Shown piece by piece: positions 48,415 to 62,769 of a stretch of 64,000 bases of DNA. Source of the stretch: Balanoglossus misakiensis (taxonomy: Eukaryota > Animalia > Hemichordata); NCBI GenBank assembly GCA_040954595.2, contig CM082597.2, positions 2,120,422-2,184,421 of the forward strand. The letters run 5' to 3'. The position numbers were made by a program, and so were the translations under genes. The notes below the pieces were generated by a model. It was not told where the DNA came from. It saw nothing but the letters and a program-made list of their open reading frames with translations, and ran no database searches. Every line of letters begins with the position of its first letter. The first letter of the stretch is position 1.

Positions 48415-51400
48415 ATGAGGACCACAGTTTTGATAATAGCCACCGTTCTTTCATGTCTTGTATTATTTTCCAAAGCCGACAGTAATTTCGTGGTGAGTAT
48501 GACGAAGCAATTCATTTTGTTGTACTCACAGGTGTTTAGACAGTCGGAAAGCAATATATCTCAAATTTCGCTGGAGTATTTCACCATCCCAATCCTAGCT
48601 TAGTTTCTCATAGCGACCATAATTGCGGACGAATATAATTAATGTAAATTTATAATATCGATCGTGAATTGTAGTTCAATTAACCACTTCATTTTCAGTG
48701 TAACCGTCGACTAATGTCACGTTTCATCTGGGGTTGTACTGAATTCATATTTGTCAGAAACGAAATAGGGCGGAAATAATTTCCAATGTATGTGCACACA
48801 CGGTTATAGAGCAACTTTTGCAAAATAAATAGATGTATTCAAGATATCGGAAAGGGAAAGCGCGCAATTGGAGTGTGTGTAATTTAACTTAATTTCTGTA
48901 TTTGGGTTTCCAATTTCTGTAATTGAATCCGACGTAACTTATCTGCCAAACGGTCCCAGGGGTTATAAAAAGGAAATCTTACCACAAGACCGGTGGAATC
49001 TTCTTTTCCCAGGGTCTATAATATGTGTTATCTCTGTGTGATACATTTTGAGACAAGCCTCGTATTTTGATCGTTCAGTCTCTGCATACCACAAAGGCGG
49101 GAATTGTATCAAACAAAACGCGCGCTCAGTTTTTCGCGGGCAAACTCGTGGGAACATTCGAGTGATACATTTTGTGACAAGCCTCGTATTTTGATCGTTC
49201 AGCAGTCTCTGCACACCACAAAGGCGGGGAAAATGTATCAAACAAAACGCGCGCTCAGTTTTTCGCGGGAAAACTCGTGGGAACATTCGAGTGATACATT
49301 TTGTGACAAGCCTCGCATTTTGATCGTTCAGTCTCTGCACACCACAAAGGCGGGAAAAAATGTATCAAACAAAACGCGCGCTCAGTTTTTCGCGGGCAAA
49401 CTCGTGGGAACATTCGAGTGATACATTTTGTGACAAGCCTCGTATTTTGATCGTTCAGCAGTCTCTGCACACCACAAAGGCGGGGAAAATGTATCAAACA
49501 AAACGCGCGCTCAGTTTTTCGCGGGAAAACTCGTGGGAACATTCGAGTGATACATTTTGTGACAAGCCTCGCATTTTGATCGTTCAGTCTCTGCACACCA
49601 CAAAGGCGGGAAAAAATGTATCAAACAAAACGCGCGCTTAGTTTTTTCGCGGGAAAACTCGTGGGAACATCCGATATTCCTTGCACGTCGTGTTTTACAC
49701 CGTCCCCAAGTGACAAACTTAAATTATCCATGGCTATGAATATTTGCGATATGATAAGGGGCGTTCCAGTCCTTGAGCACAACTGGCGATGCGTTCATGA
49801 AACTGCGAAAAAGTACATATCTGCAGAAAAAAATTGACGATGGAAACAATTTATTTAGCTTGACATTAGGCGACATATTTTTGTTTCACTTGTTTCAAGT
49901 CGGGCGGACAATTTTTCTTGGGCGAACAAAGGGTTTACGAATCGTGTATTCGAAGAGTCCCAACTGTCCCTAAAACGTTTTAAAACCCCAGCCCTGATTG
50001 GCCAGAGTCGGTGAAAAGATATAGTGGTACGAAAACCGTTAGCGGTGTGACATTTATGTAGTCGGTTCATTGCCCCTTACGGTGAAAATACGTTCCTGAT
50101 TTTAAAAGTTCTCGTGCGCCAACCGATGACTGACTTTACGCAGAATAATAATTCCACTTAACCAATTTCACTACAAGTGGAAATATTTCTACGAAGACTG
50201 ACTCATCGTACTGCAACCTTAGAAGTAACCACTTTGCCGGAATCCTTTCCCCCTTCATATCTCCTCAAACATATTAATGCATTCTGCATTTATCTGTACG
50301 AATTTTCCCCAGGAAAACGTCAATGCAAAATTTAATTATCTTAAAACGAGTGTAGTAATCTGACCATCATTCGCCTAAGTGAACCACGAGTAATAATAAC
50401 CATCTTACTTGGAAGTTGTGAGCAGGTGAACTTTATAAGCAAAAAGGGAAATATCTCCAATATGTGCTTATATCACTTGCTTATCACGGTAAACGCTCCC
50501 AAAATAGTTCTCTCTTGCAGATTTTAGATACAAGATACAAATCATTCCGATTTTACCAATATCTGAAATTATAAAAGCCTGTAGCAGAATTCAGTTAAAG
50601 TATGATCGAAAAAAATATGCCACGAGCACGCCTAAGTGAGTTGTTATTGATTCTCGCCTTTTCTAATTACAGGGTGCTGGTAGATCAGAGAAAATACCGG
50701 TAAGTCACGCAAATATTGTAGTTACTTGTTAAGACAATATATTTAATAACGTAGGCCCACATATCGATGAATATTGATATGCGTGGATAGAGTGTGTAGT
50801 TATTTCATTGATTTATCTGCTGCCAATTTTGACAAGAAGAGAAAATTCAGCACGTTTCGTGCGAAGAGTTGTGGGTCTAATCTGACGACACCCACTTTGT
50901 GTCTTAGTTATCTTCAGAACGTCATTCTGTCTCCAAAGTGGTGACCTTAGTTCATTGCGCTGAAGGAGATCGTGATCTTTTGAGCCTCGACAGTCTTGCA
51001 CATTTTCGTTTAATCTTCCTAATCTTAATGGACTTAGGAGTGAAAAAGGTGCACCGCCTTTCTACAGCTAGTTATCCATGCACTTTGCGTTGTCGAATCT
51101 TTCCGGAAGTCTGCAGATATCAAACATGCTTGCCTGTTTCGCATGGGTCACCTAGGGTGGCCTCTTAGTTCCTTCTGCAACCAGATAACCTAAGTTCACT
51201 GTCTTTCTGAGCCGCCCTAGCTTACTCTCTGAGAGATAAAACCAACCGTTCTTCATACGCCTCGCTGAGCTCATCATACCTTCAACAAATTACACGTTCT
51301 AGTTGAAAGATCACATTTTCGCCAAGCCTCTGAATATAAATCAACGTCCCATTTATTGGCTTATCTGTTAACGGAGATCTACAGTCTTCCGGGAACCTCT

Positions 51401-54400
51401 AATCTAACAGACCAATCAACGCCTTGTGCGCTATTTATATGATGTGCACACATCCATCTTTATCATAGCCGTTAGTTGTAAATCATGATGGAAGAAAAAT
51501 ACGAAAAATTAGATTTGCAAACAATGTGGTTGTTCCTTTTTATTACACTGTACATTATGGCAAACAAAGCGACGTTATTTTTTCACGTTTTCATATTTAC
51601 TTAGATATAACATGTATTGGTTGGCGTGTCTCCCTGAAAAGTAGAAACAATGCTGATTGCTTCTTAAAGTCGCATATGTGGAATTCAGACGACCCCCCTT
51701 TAAAACAGTAACGAATAATTCCGCCCCGGTATGAGATGATTCATGACATTGATTGGCATAATTACCAACTAAATAGATTCTGAAATATTGTTACTGGGGG
51801 CATGATTACTTTGTGCGCTGTTATTAGTGATCAGGACTTTGTTTGGTGTATAAAGATCAATCAATCAACGATGACAGTCCCCCCTTTTCAATCACTAGGT
51901 GTCACCGCTATTAGTTTATTAAAATTCTATTGCTTTGGTAATGATTGATAGAGCAGTCACTTATAAACTGGTAATTATTTTACACTGTACATGTCAAGAA
52001 AATGTCTCAGACGAGCATATTAGGTTACATATCATCGTTCAAGTTTGACATACAATGTCAAAATAAGCGTTCTCCAAGTGATAGATTATACTGGTGTTTT
52101 CCATAACACCTGCCAAATAAATAAGACTCGGGTAATTGGTCGCAAGGCCTCATAGGATCACACCGTGCGATTCGTTGATATGTTCCAAACAAATTCATTT
52201 ATCTCTTTTAGTTTGCAATTACCACTGTCATTTGTTGGAGGTGGAACCGGTCAAGCAGACACAGGTTCCACTGAATTCACCCTTAGGAATGTCAGAAATA
52301 GTATGCATGTAGTAATCAACTCACCAGTCAATCAATCAATCAATCAAGCAATCATTTAAGAAATCTATTTCTACACAAAGGTAATTTGCATATGACACGT
52401 ATCATTGCATCTACGGTTGTTTTACTTCATCATATGTGACTCAATGTTATTTCGGTTCATATACCTCAAACTCCCCACAATTCCAATTTGATGCACGTCT
52501 GCTGAAGGTAACCATTATGGGGAAGACAACGATCCCATGGTGAGATTTCAATTTTAAAAGAGAGTACATTAAACGCGCTCGCCGAAATTATCTTCACGAT
52601 GCAATTAAACGGAACAGACCAATAATAGAGTTATGTATTATCGTTTCGCCGTGTGTGCTTCAAATCCATCGATTAAGCCCCAGGAAAGAAACGAGGTTGG
52701 CGACGCGATTTGGCTTACTAAGGTCCCGCTGTCCCCGGGGAGCATTTCGGGGAATAGCCAATGTCATGAAAACTCTGAACTGTCCAAGATTGTCTCGGAT
52801 TTGCAATACCAAATGAAATTGGAAAGTTAAAAAAATTAGTTTTCATAATATTTGTCAGTCTGCCGAGCATTGTTAATGAAGACAGTGCGCGGATATAGAA
52901 CACAAAATGTCCTGATATCCAAGAAGTGTGGTTTTATGTCTAAATTTTTCTTGTAACCAAATGACGTGTTTCTACTTTTACAAACTCACACCGTACAAAA
53001 GCACTAGGAAACTTCATAATGGCCTTTGTGACAGTGATGGATCGGATTGTCTTTAAAACTAAAAAGAAGCAATTAATCTTTATGGACAAAGGTACATAAA
53101 TTGTGTGTAAATAATTGATAAAGAGTGCATGAAGTATTTACTTCACGTGTTGGCTTCAGCTAAGTGAGCAAACATACTATGAAAATGTACACCACTTCAT
53201 GATTTCATCGACAATTAAGTACACAGCATCTCAGGGAAATGAAATTCTTCCGAATCGAGATATCCTGTTGAATTCATGTAGAGCCATCATAAAAATTAAT
53301 TATAAAACGAAAAGTGGGTGTGTACTATGAAGTTCGGAATAGCAACAGTTTTCAATTTCCCTGATAGAGGTGAATGTAGAGCAGAGCAATTACTATGAAA
53401 TGCATATCTAAATTAAACTGGCGCCATTGGCCGTCGCGATGTACGTTGTTAGTCAAACAGCGAGCGATCAACGAACTGCACGTGAGGCATTGTTCCCACT
53501 GTTGAGGGAGACCCTGCCAACCAATACATATTATGTCAAAGTAACTTGGGTATGTGATAAAAAATGACTACACATTGTTTACCATGATGTACAGTGTAGC
53601 AGTTACAGTTTTGCCCATACCTGCGCAGTCGCAGAGGGGACGACACCTACCCTTAAATTTTCTCAATATGCATGTCAAAAGAAAACTTTCTTTGTCCCTG
53701 GAATCCCTTGAACCAACACGACTTGAAGCTTGCAGTATACTTTTAAATTAGACATCCGGGATAGTGGCAATCTTAACTGACTAAGTGAGCGAACATTGAC
53801 AAAATGTTAATATTTCGTATCCAATTACACTTGTCGATACTCTGAGATAAATGCCATGATAGATAAGCTGGGAATGGTCACATAATGGCAAGCGGATATT
53901 AATATTGATGATAGATGTGTGGCGATAACAGCGGTCTAAGATTATAGATGACTCGTTTCATTTTTGTCCTGGCTCTAAATTTAATTAGGGCAATCTGTGT
54001 TGAAAATCGAAGGCGAGAGCAGAATATTTTTTTTCCAGAGGTAGTCAGCCCAGGGTTCATTAGCGCATGAAATATGGAAGGAAGCGAAGACAGTTCACTA
54101 TTTGAATGCGTCAAACGCAAAATTTGCAGAACATTTGGATTGGACGTAATGTTTGTACACACGAAATTGCGCACATGCGCATGAGACGATCGTCGGCCTT
54201 TTAATGAAATCTCTACAATTCTGGTAGAAAATGAACGTGCATATTCCGCTAAGTGGAACTTTTGATTCGTTCGTCCTCTACACGTCGGACATATGGCAGC
54301 GACGAGACCGCGTTGCGTTCAATAAACGCGGTGATTGACGGTGACATGGGCTGTCGTGCGCTGAGTGAGTGTCTAACGTAAAACTTGGTGTTCATTTTTT

Positions 54401-57400
54401 TATATTGCTAATAAGATCAAGAGTGACGCTAATCATACTACAGTTTGTCATGCCATTAAGAGCTTTCACTTAAAATCGAACAAATGAATCAGGAACGCAA
54501 TTTACACTTGGGGGAAACTCTAATTTCAGTAAATCGACGTGTCTTTCAACTGCGTTTTACCTCGATGTTTAGTTAATGAAAATGTCTTGATTTACTTAGT
54601 GTGCTTCCAAAAGGGAAGCGTAAAGTGTAGGCAAATGAATGAAAATTGCCACAGTAATGTCGCAGATCGGTGCTTTCACGTCTTGAACGTGGTTGGAATA
54701 AATTAACCTACACCAAACTTCCTGTTTTCTCGTTCCTCGCAAGCCTGCTTGTTCTATCGACACAGAAGTCCAGTTTCTTGGACGTAGCTGTCAGTACTTC
54801 ACAGGAGGGTGTGCAAAGACCGAGAAAATTAATAGCATCACATCTGTACGCAGCGCGAATGTTCCCCTAATGGTGATTAGAAAGAACAAGGATATCTCCC
54901 CACGGCGTTTTTAGAAAAATTCAAAACATTTACCTTTCGACGTAATTTGTGAGCGATGACTGCGTGGATATTTTCAACACCTGATACATTCTCAGGAATT
55001 AGACTCGCTTGATATTGAATGAAACGACCCGGAGAATGGTAAGGTGACCCATCGGAAAATAAATGAGTTTTTATACCATCGTGTTAACGTTACCTCGCTG
55101 TATCACGTAATGGAACACCTGGTTTGCAAACAGTTCCAGTCTCATGTGTGTCGGAATCGATCTTATCAAGTTTCATAATTAGTAACTTGAGACGTCACAT
55201 TTTCAAACTCATTTGATTTGTGATGTCAACGATTCATTGATTAAGGGACTGGGGATGGTGTGCACGAGGATGCCATATTAGACTCCGGAGCGGAAAATTC
55301 GTTCATTCATTCACTCACTCACTAACTCACTCGTTGGTTGGTTGGTTTGTTGGTCAATCAAGCAATCGAGCTATTGATCCATTGATCATCGACAATACCC
55401 AAGTCACCACAGGCAAATCAATTAACCGGTTAACCGGTTAAAAGTCTAATACTAGAGTCACATCTGCTCCCCTGGACCTGCGAGGCAGTTTTAACAAAAT
55501 AGGCAATGACTGTTGACCTCTGTGGAATATACAGCTGAACCAGCCCCTTTTTAATAACAAAAACACACTTCAGAATCAAATAATGACGCATAAATATTGA
55601 AATGATAGAAAGATGAAAACTTCTGAATAATTGACCAGAACACCAGATGGCACGTTCACAAACTATAATGAAAGATATGAATAAAACAGTATCTTGTATG
55701 GTATGTATTTTGTACCAGAATTATTTTCCGGTTTAATAAACTGCGGGACGATAGATAAGTCGGACATGCGCAGTTTGGACGACCCCCACCCTTTAAGTGT
55801 TAGACCAAGAAATAGCTACTTGTGAAAGCGTTTTCAATGTTTGCGTGTGAAACAAAATACCGGTGCTTCAATGCAAAAACGGACAACTTCCTGAATCGTC
55901 AAAAAGCATCTACTGAGATTGCTCAAGGGGAACCGGATTTTAAAAGTTGAAGTGATCAATATTTCACGTTCAGATAACAATATGTTTTCGTATAAATTCA
56001 CACAAAATGAGTTGGCCTGGGGAAATTCTGAATGTCGTTTTTGAGATGGAGAATAAGCCCATCACTCACCTCAAAATATCAATGATTGCATTTTAAATTT
56101 TGATATCCGACAAAAGCCTGTGGAAAAAATCCATTATCGTGGTTTCTCGGAGAAAAAGAGTTCTTAACACTCAAATTTGTTTGCTGGCCTCTATGTCATG
56201 AAGACTACACGCGAAGTATCGCAAGTTTGTAACGATTCCGACGTTATCATATTATGAGTTTCATGTGATAAAATGCCAAATGTAATCAGTGTGGAAGCAC
56301 GCAAGAGGCAAGCAGGCGTAATTGGCGAATCTGGTCCACAGTGAGGGGGTCCACAGCAATGAATGACGCAATTAATCGCTAGCGAAGAGACTAATACAAT
56401 TTACAAATCCACCCCACGACAGCTCGACGGGCGGTTATTCAAATAACGATGCGGTGAAATTATCGCTTTCTTCTTATCCACTGAAGTACACGACGCTAAT
56501 CGGGGAGTGAGTCGATACTGCCGGTCTGGCATCGTGATTTCTTGTCGGTGGCTTTGACACGACACTCCAGAATGGTGAGGGTGTCATTACCACAATTCAT
56601 GCAAACAGCGAGGCGTCTTGCCGGTACTCAAGTCGTAAAACATGCTGAAGGATCAACTGTTTGAATAAAAACGCAACCGAGCGCGACTCGTCTAGTTATT
56701 GGCAAACACGAACGCTGGGCTGTAAAACTGTCGGTATGGCCAACCTAAATGTTATCGAAGTGCTGTGATTCACGAGTCTAAAGTTATTTATGTCACTCTA
56801 TCTTAATGCTGTACAGTGTATACCGCTTTCCAAGACGACATAAGAGCTGTCGATATTGGACAAACCAGGAAAGAAAATTTACACCGTTTCACGTATCTCA
56901 GACGGTAGAGGGTATCGATATAACCCTCATCCCCAAATTCTCATACTCTACAATCTGTCAACATTTTAGCTTGTAAATTCACAATTAAAACAACATTTCT
57001 ATTCTGTTGGGAGTCGTAAAGTCCTGGGCTTACAGTGAGTAAAATAAAAACGTTCCAACGGATCGCTAGGGAACATTTTGTTCGTTGCAGATACCTAAAG
57101 GTTGCAATAAATCGAAACGTGCCTTTGTGATTAAAATACTAAAGGTGACTTTATAGCGTCAATAGACATAAAAATAACTCATGTGTAATTATATTTGCAC
57201 AAGCATTGCGTCGTTATTTCAAAACGTGGAATCACGTCTGACGAATTAATTGTTGAGTAGAGGCAAAAAATCAAGACGAGAGGCAATAGATTTTAAGTGG
57301 CGTTCAGCGTCGTCACTTCCGGGCAAGAAGGAAGAAAGATTGTAACAGGAAGTTCATAAGTGCGTATCATCTTGAAAATGACGCATGTTATATATGGTAT

Positions 57401-57994
57401 AAGAGATAAAAAAAAAAATTCCGGTTCGTCCCCTTTTCCCAAGCTAATTTTATCCGCCGTCAAGTTTATCTCGTGTTTGATCTATTAATTGACCAATTCA
57501 TTACTTAACAAGCAAGGCCATTACTGGCAAAGAGATCAATTAACCACACTTTGGGAATCTTTGGCCTATGTATGACGTTAGTGCCTGTACTGGCGGTCTT
57601 TGACGCTTGCGCCTGTGATAAAGCCGTGATTGGCAGATATGATAAGTTCATTTCGGTGCGTTGGCACATTTTATAATTTGGCATTCTGTGTCCACGGAGT
57701 CCCGGAGCGTTAATTATGAAACTGACGAAAGGTTCATCAGGCATGCGGAGACACGTAGGCACCGACACGTACACCGAGCGAAAATTTGTAAAACAAAAAC
57801 CACGATCATAACTATTAATAACCACTCTCTTTTTCTTTGTAGTGTGAAAATGATAGTTTACTGGGAAAGCACGAAAAATGCATGGGAGGTTCCAGATTTC
57901 TGCAGTGGAAATGCAGATGCGAATGGCCGTATGAGTGTGACTACTCTCCTTCCCACAAGGCGTACGTGTGTATGGCACAAGAAGATTACGACAG
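48415..57994 (+). CDS. Putative small secreted 6-Cys (cystine-knot-like) protein with long introns; 3' end not located
   Basis: Exon 48415-48492 is MRTTVLIIATVLSCLVLFSKADSNFV (GTGAGT donor, phase 0). A 27-nt exon at 50673-50699 is GAGRSEKIP (cag/GTAAGT). Exon 57843-57994 has the strong acceptor ctctctttttctttgtag and a GTATGT donor and encodes CENDSLLGKHEKCMGGSRFLQWKCRCEWPYECDYSPSHKAYVCMAQEDYDR. Joining is inferred from phase only. Confidence 0.65.
49038..49670. repeat. ~128-bp tandem repeat (alternating 127/129-bp variants, ~5 copies), intronic
   Basis: gtgatacattttgtgacaagcctcg recurs at about 49162, 49291, 49418 and 49547. Confidence 0.92.
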
Positions 57995-60900
57995 GTATGT
58001 AAAAGTCTTCTCTTACTATTGTATGGTTTGTTTGCATATACATGTGTGTGACGTCATGTCCAATTTCTTGTACGTACATCAGTATGCAAGAGTGTGATTG
58101 GTCGTCTTGGCTCCATTGAGTGATGCTTATTAGTCGGCTTTCCCCGCAAATTTGGCACATTGCCATAATAGACTGTTTTCCGAACCCCGCGAGACCCTAC
58201 GAGATTTCGCGTGGCTTGGCAGTTTACATGGGAGGTTCTATGTGACAGAGGATGACATAAGCTGTTCTTGCTCGCCCGCGCTTCGCTCACTCACTCACAA
58301 CCAAAACACCCAAAATCCTAACCACCCACCCACCCACCCACCCACTCACTCACTCACTCGTTTACAGTAAAATTCATTCGTTTCAACATTACCGTTTCCC
58401 TAGCTACTCGAGGAATATTGACAGTAACCTTCAAGTTATTGTAAAACAAATTAATTAATTTTAAATTGCAAGAATAGGAAATTAAAATTCGGGAGAGACC
58501 ACCAAGATAGTGTATTTTACACAATGTCACAAAGGACGGAAATTCTCTCACATGAGCGCAAACAATTCATGAAAAGAAAACAAAATGGTGTTAGTTTTCC
58601 TTCAAGAGCTTACGTCACGTGCTTACATGTTGGAATTTTGAGGATCGAGGGGCAAACAAAGAATTTAATCAAAATTTGCTCAATGCAGTTACTGGGATCG
58701 CTTACCGTGTGTTTTCTTAGGTTTCTGTACATCCGGACAATACACTCGTCCGCCGATAGCAACATATTAAAAATAGAGAGAATGGAATGGATTAATAGCA
58801 ATAGACAGGCGGGTTCCAGTCCCGAGGTAAATGCTTACGAAACTCAAAGCAATGCGTACCAGTTTCAGTTAAGGCGACACTAACATATACATACATGTAC
58901 AATAGATAAGTTGTAAAATGTGTAATGAAGTAGGTATGTCGGGCGAGTTTAGTAACGGGCCAATATTGCTGGTTTGATTTGTAGAGGAACGCTGTTCGAT
59001 TCAAGAATACCGCAGCGTCAGGCGGGTTCCAGTCTCGAGGACACTCAAACGGACGACACTTTGCCAGCGGTTTGCGACGTATGTTTTGCATTAAGAGAAA
59101 CGTGTAACTTAGTTGAAGAAAGCCAGTCACGTGATTAATAGCAATAGACAGGATGGTCCAAACGGCTCAAATTCCACAAGAAACCTGTAAGTTTCGACTT
59201 CCGATTTGATTCATTCAATTTCGCGCATGCTCATTTTTGTCATGATCCCTCCCTAGAAAGACGACAATTTATTGTTGCCAACATTTATGATTTTTCAATT
59301 ATTAAAAAAATGGCGGCTTTCGTTCCATCAAAATTAATTCTGAAAAAATAAGCCCATATAAGTTTCACTACTAACCTCATTTCTTGTCATAATTCATCTC
59401 ATCTCTAGTTGTTGCACGGTTCTCATTAAGGTTTCATACATTCATACTTTAGTGCGGTGGCAACCGAGCTGGCTTCTGGCAGGAAATTGGAATTAATTCA
59501 TTTCGTCTCTCTCGTCTCGCCAATAACAGATCAAAAGCCAGGGTATAGAGAAAATCGCACGCCACGAGTGAAGCACGTTTGACATTTACCCAAAGACAAG
59601 AAAGATTGCCCGGTGGTTTGACCGCTACTAATGGGGTTTAACTTGCGTTTGACGATAAAGAGACTCTTGACAGTTTTTTTTTATCAGTGATGACAATTTA
59701 CAGCAGATTTATGCTTTTGATAAACAATGTAAATCTAGATTACGCTTGTCTTCATGATGTGATTGCTCTGTATGTAGATTCCAATCGCGCAGGGAGCTCT
59801 CGAAGCGTCCGGTCAAACTTGACGGAAAGTGCGCCTCAGCTAGGAGTTTAATTTGTCGCAGTTGATATTTCTAAATAACCGGATCTCGCTAGACATCCGC
59901 GTCATTTATTTCGGTCAGTGATTTTAATTTCAAACGGAGGCTGCCCGCGCAGATCTTTAATGCGAGCTCCATAATAATTGCGCCTGAAAAAAAAACCTTC
60001 ATAAACTTTATCGGTCGGTATAGATGCTTTAACTGCTTATTGGAAAAATATACATGTTAAACTTTCGTCCTCAGCTGGGTGGGTTGTTATGCGTTTGCGT
60101 AGCAGTGTCGTAAAGTGTGTGTTTTGTCACGTGACATGTTGTACAAAACAGGAAAAATAACGTTTAGAATACTGTTCGAAGTTTAGGAATTGGAGTGAAT
60201 GTTATACCACGCTACCACGAAGGATTTCGTGCGTTGAATTCAAACTCCTCGGTGTAACCCTCGCATCTTGGAATACGGAGTAGGTTTGTAAAGTACGCGA
60301 TTTTTACACTTGCAGTTCTAATCTTGTCGACATCAGCGGCTACGCGAGACGAGAAACTCCACCCGGAATGTGTTAGAGTAAAACACTGGCGATTAATGAA
60401 TGTAAATGCGGGTATTTGTCTCACATGATTTCAACAAGAACAGATAAGACAGAAAACACACCTGATAACATCTCTATTCCTCTCAGTTCCCTCAAGATTA
60501 CTATCACTTTTTTCTTTCGACATACCGTGAATACTGTTAACCGTTAAAATAAATTTCTCATCTCATCTATGGGGTCGCTGGGTCAGTGTCTGCTAAATTT
60601 AGTCGCGGCAAAATTTTGACAAGTGCCTAATTGAATTTCCGATCGTAAATTTCATTATGGTTCGTTTTCTCGCTAACTGCGGAGGGGGGAATATTAACAA
60701 AATGTGCATTAGGACATTCGTGGTTTGATTGAAGTTGTCGTGTGTCTGAATTAGCAAGTTGTGGTGCTGCGATTTTTTATAACTTCAACGTGATTGTGTT
60801 TTCTGACGAAAAGGCCAGTATCGTCTAATTACACGTCCTGTAACCTTGCTGTGTGTCTAGGCTGTGTCTTGTTCACCACATAAGTGAATAAAAGCCCACG

Positions 60901-62769
60901 ATTGTAGTAAGGGTTTTGTCCCGGCGAAAGCATTGTAAAAGAAACATTATTACATGACGGGGGAAGTACACACATAGTCATGCCCCCTGACCTATGCCGT
61001 TAATGTGTGAGTCGATTTGCCGTAACATGACGCAAATTAAAAAGTACTTACTTTCCAGAGGTACGCACGCTTTAAAGGAAGTCCCAGCGGGCAATGCGCG
61101 ATCCTAGTTCCTGCTTTTATTTTATTCGTCGACAGTCGACCAGATAGTAGAAATTATGTCGCTAGAGTAAGGCGTAAATTGATTCATGTATTTTAGAGTT
61201 AGTGAGCGAAAGTGCCGTTTTGATTCTGCGCCACGCAACAGGCGGCAAGGAAATGTTTGCGATTTCTTGTTAAATTTGTGCTTGCTTGGTGATTGTGGAG
61301 AGTGTACGTGTCATTGTGTGCTTCACATATGCTTGGGGTAAGGATGAGAGCGCCATCATACGAGCACATAATAACTCTCTTCTGTTTGAAACCGAGGGGC
61401 ATAGCCTCGTTTTCGACAGACAGAGACCATCAGAGATGCCTATAAACCAATGTAGATCGATTTGGGCCAACCAGGCATATACAGAAAAGAGATTTACCTC
61501 TACGAACAGATAACAAGTAAATCGAAAGTGTTCACATGCTACCGGCATAAAGTTTACTCAAAATGGAGGTATTTACTTGTTCATTTTATCATCTTTATGC
61601 TCTTTGTGTCTTTTGTCCACACAGTGACCTACGGGAAGCACTCAAGAGATTCGTGTTATAAAATGGTCGTCCTCCTCCGGTGATTGCCATATTTTATCAG
61701 AATACAGAAAAACTGGTGAAAATCTCACCGATTTTTAGATTATGCTGTCGTGACATTTGTATTCTTGTTATTTGACTTTAACGTTGATGTTTTTAATGTT
61801 ATTTTTAAATAATTTGATACACTTTTATTGAAATGACTGACTGTTGATGGTATAGTTAATTATTTTGTGACGTACGGTGAGGGCGCACTTTTGGCTTCTA
61901 AACTTCCTTTTGTCCTTCGGATATTGTTAGTACAGGTACAAAAAATGTTTCGAGAAGGTACTTGTCATTTTGCACACGATCGCAGATGAAATAATCAGTT
62001 ATAACATTTAACTCGCTGCATTCGAAGACAAAGAAAATGATTTAAACAGTTGGCTGTTCCATGCATGACCTGTTCTCACGATTCGCACAATGTGAAAAAA
62101 ATTATGAAAGTACTGTATTTGGAATTACAAGCTAGCAGCAAACACGGCGCCAATTATGACTAAGTGCAATAAAAAATAAAATGGTTATACATAAATGCAA
62201 TATTTTCCACGAGGGTATGGCTCATGGATTCCATTCCCTGGTCTACATGAAATTGGCAATAGCTTTCAAATTGTCTGTTAGTGTTATTATATTCAGTAGA
62301 AGTTCGGAGAACGAATGCTTTTAGATGTAAAATCTCAGCCACGCATGCACACACTGTAAATATCATTAAGATATCTATACTCCGAGGCTGCGTCACCGAG
62401 TTCATTAAAATCTTGGGTTATGGATGAGAGGTGTTGTCAAACAGTTTAACAACCGTTTCCCCTTGGATTTATAAATCACTACAGCTGTCTGTTATCTAAG
62501 CTGGAAGCAGACAGATGAAGGGGGTTAATCCTTGGTATTACAGATGTGTCCGTTTGGCCATTTAACATTCAGTTCTGTTCGGGTCAATTACCAACGACCT
62601 GATCGGTAAATCAGGTAATTATCTTACTGCCCTTATGATGCTGTACACTATTTTTTCATAGATGGAATAAATGTATTTCTTTCACTTTCATATTGAGTCT
62701 CGTCGTCTTTGTACAGTCTGTGTAGCAAAAACGGTAGGTAATAAGTAAGAATTTTGATTTTTTGGGCCA

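Noticed and set aside
48963-49641. Repeated 93-125 aa ORFs on both strands
   Set aside because: By-products of the 128-bp tandem repeat, with frameshifting indels between copies.
54996-55038. Possible exon ELDSLDIE* for the 48.4-kb gene
   Set aside because: Weak polypyrimidine tract, and it would truncate the protein before the much better supported Cys-rich exon.
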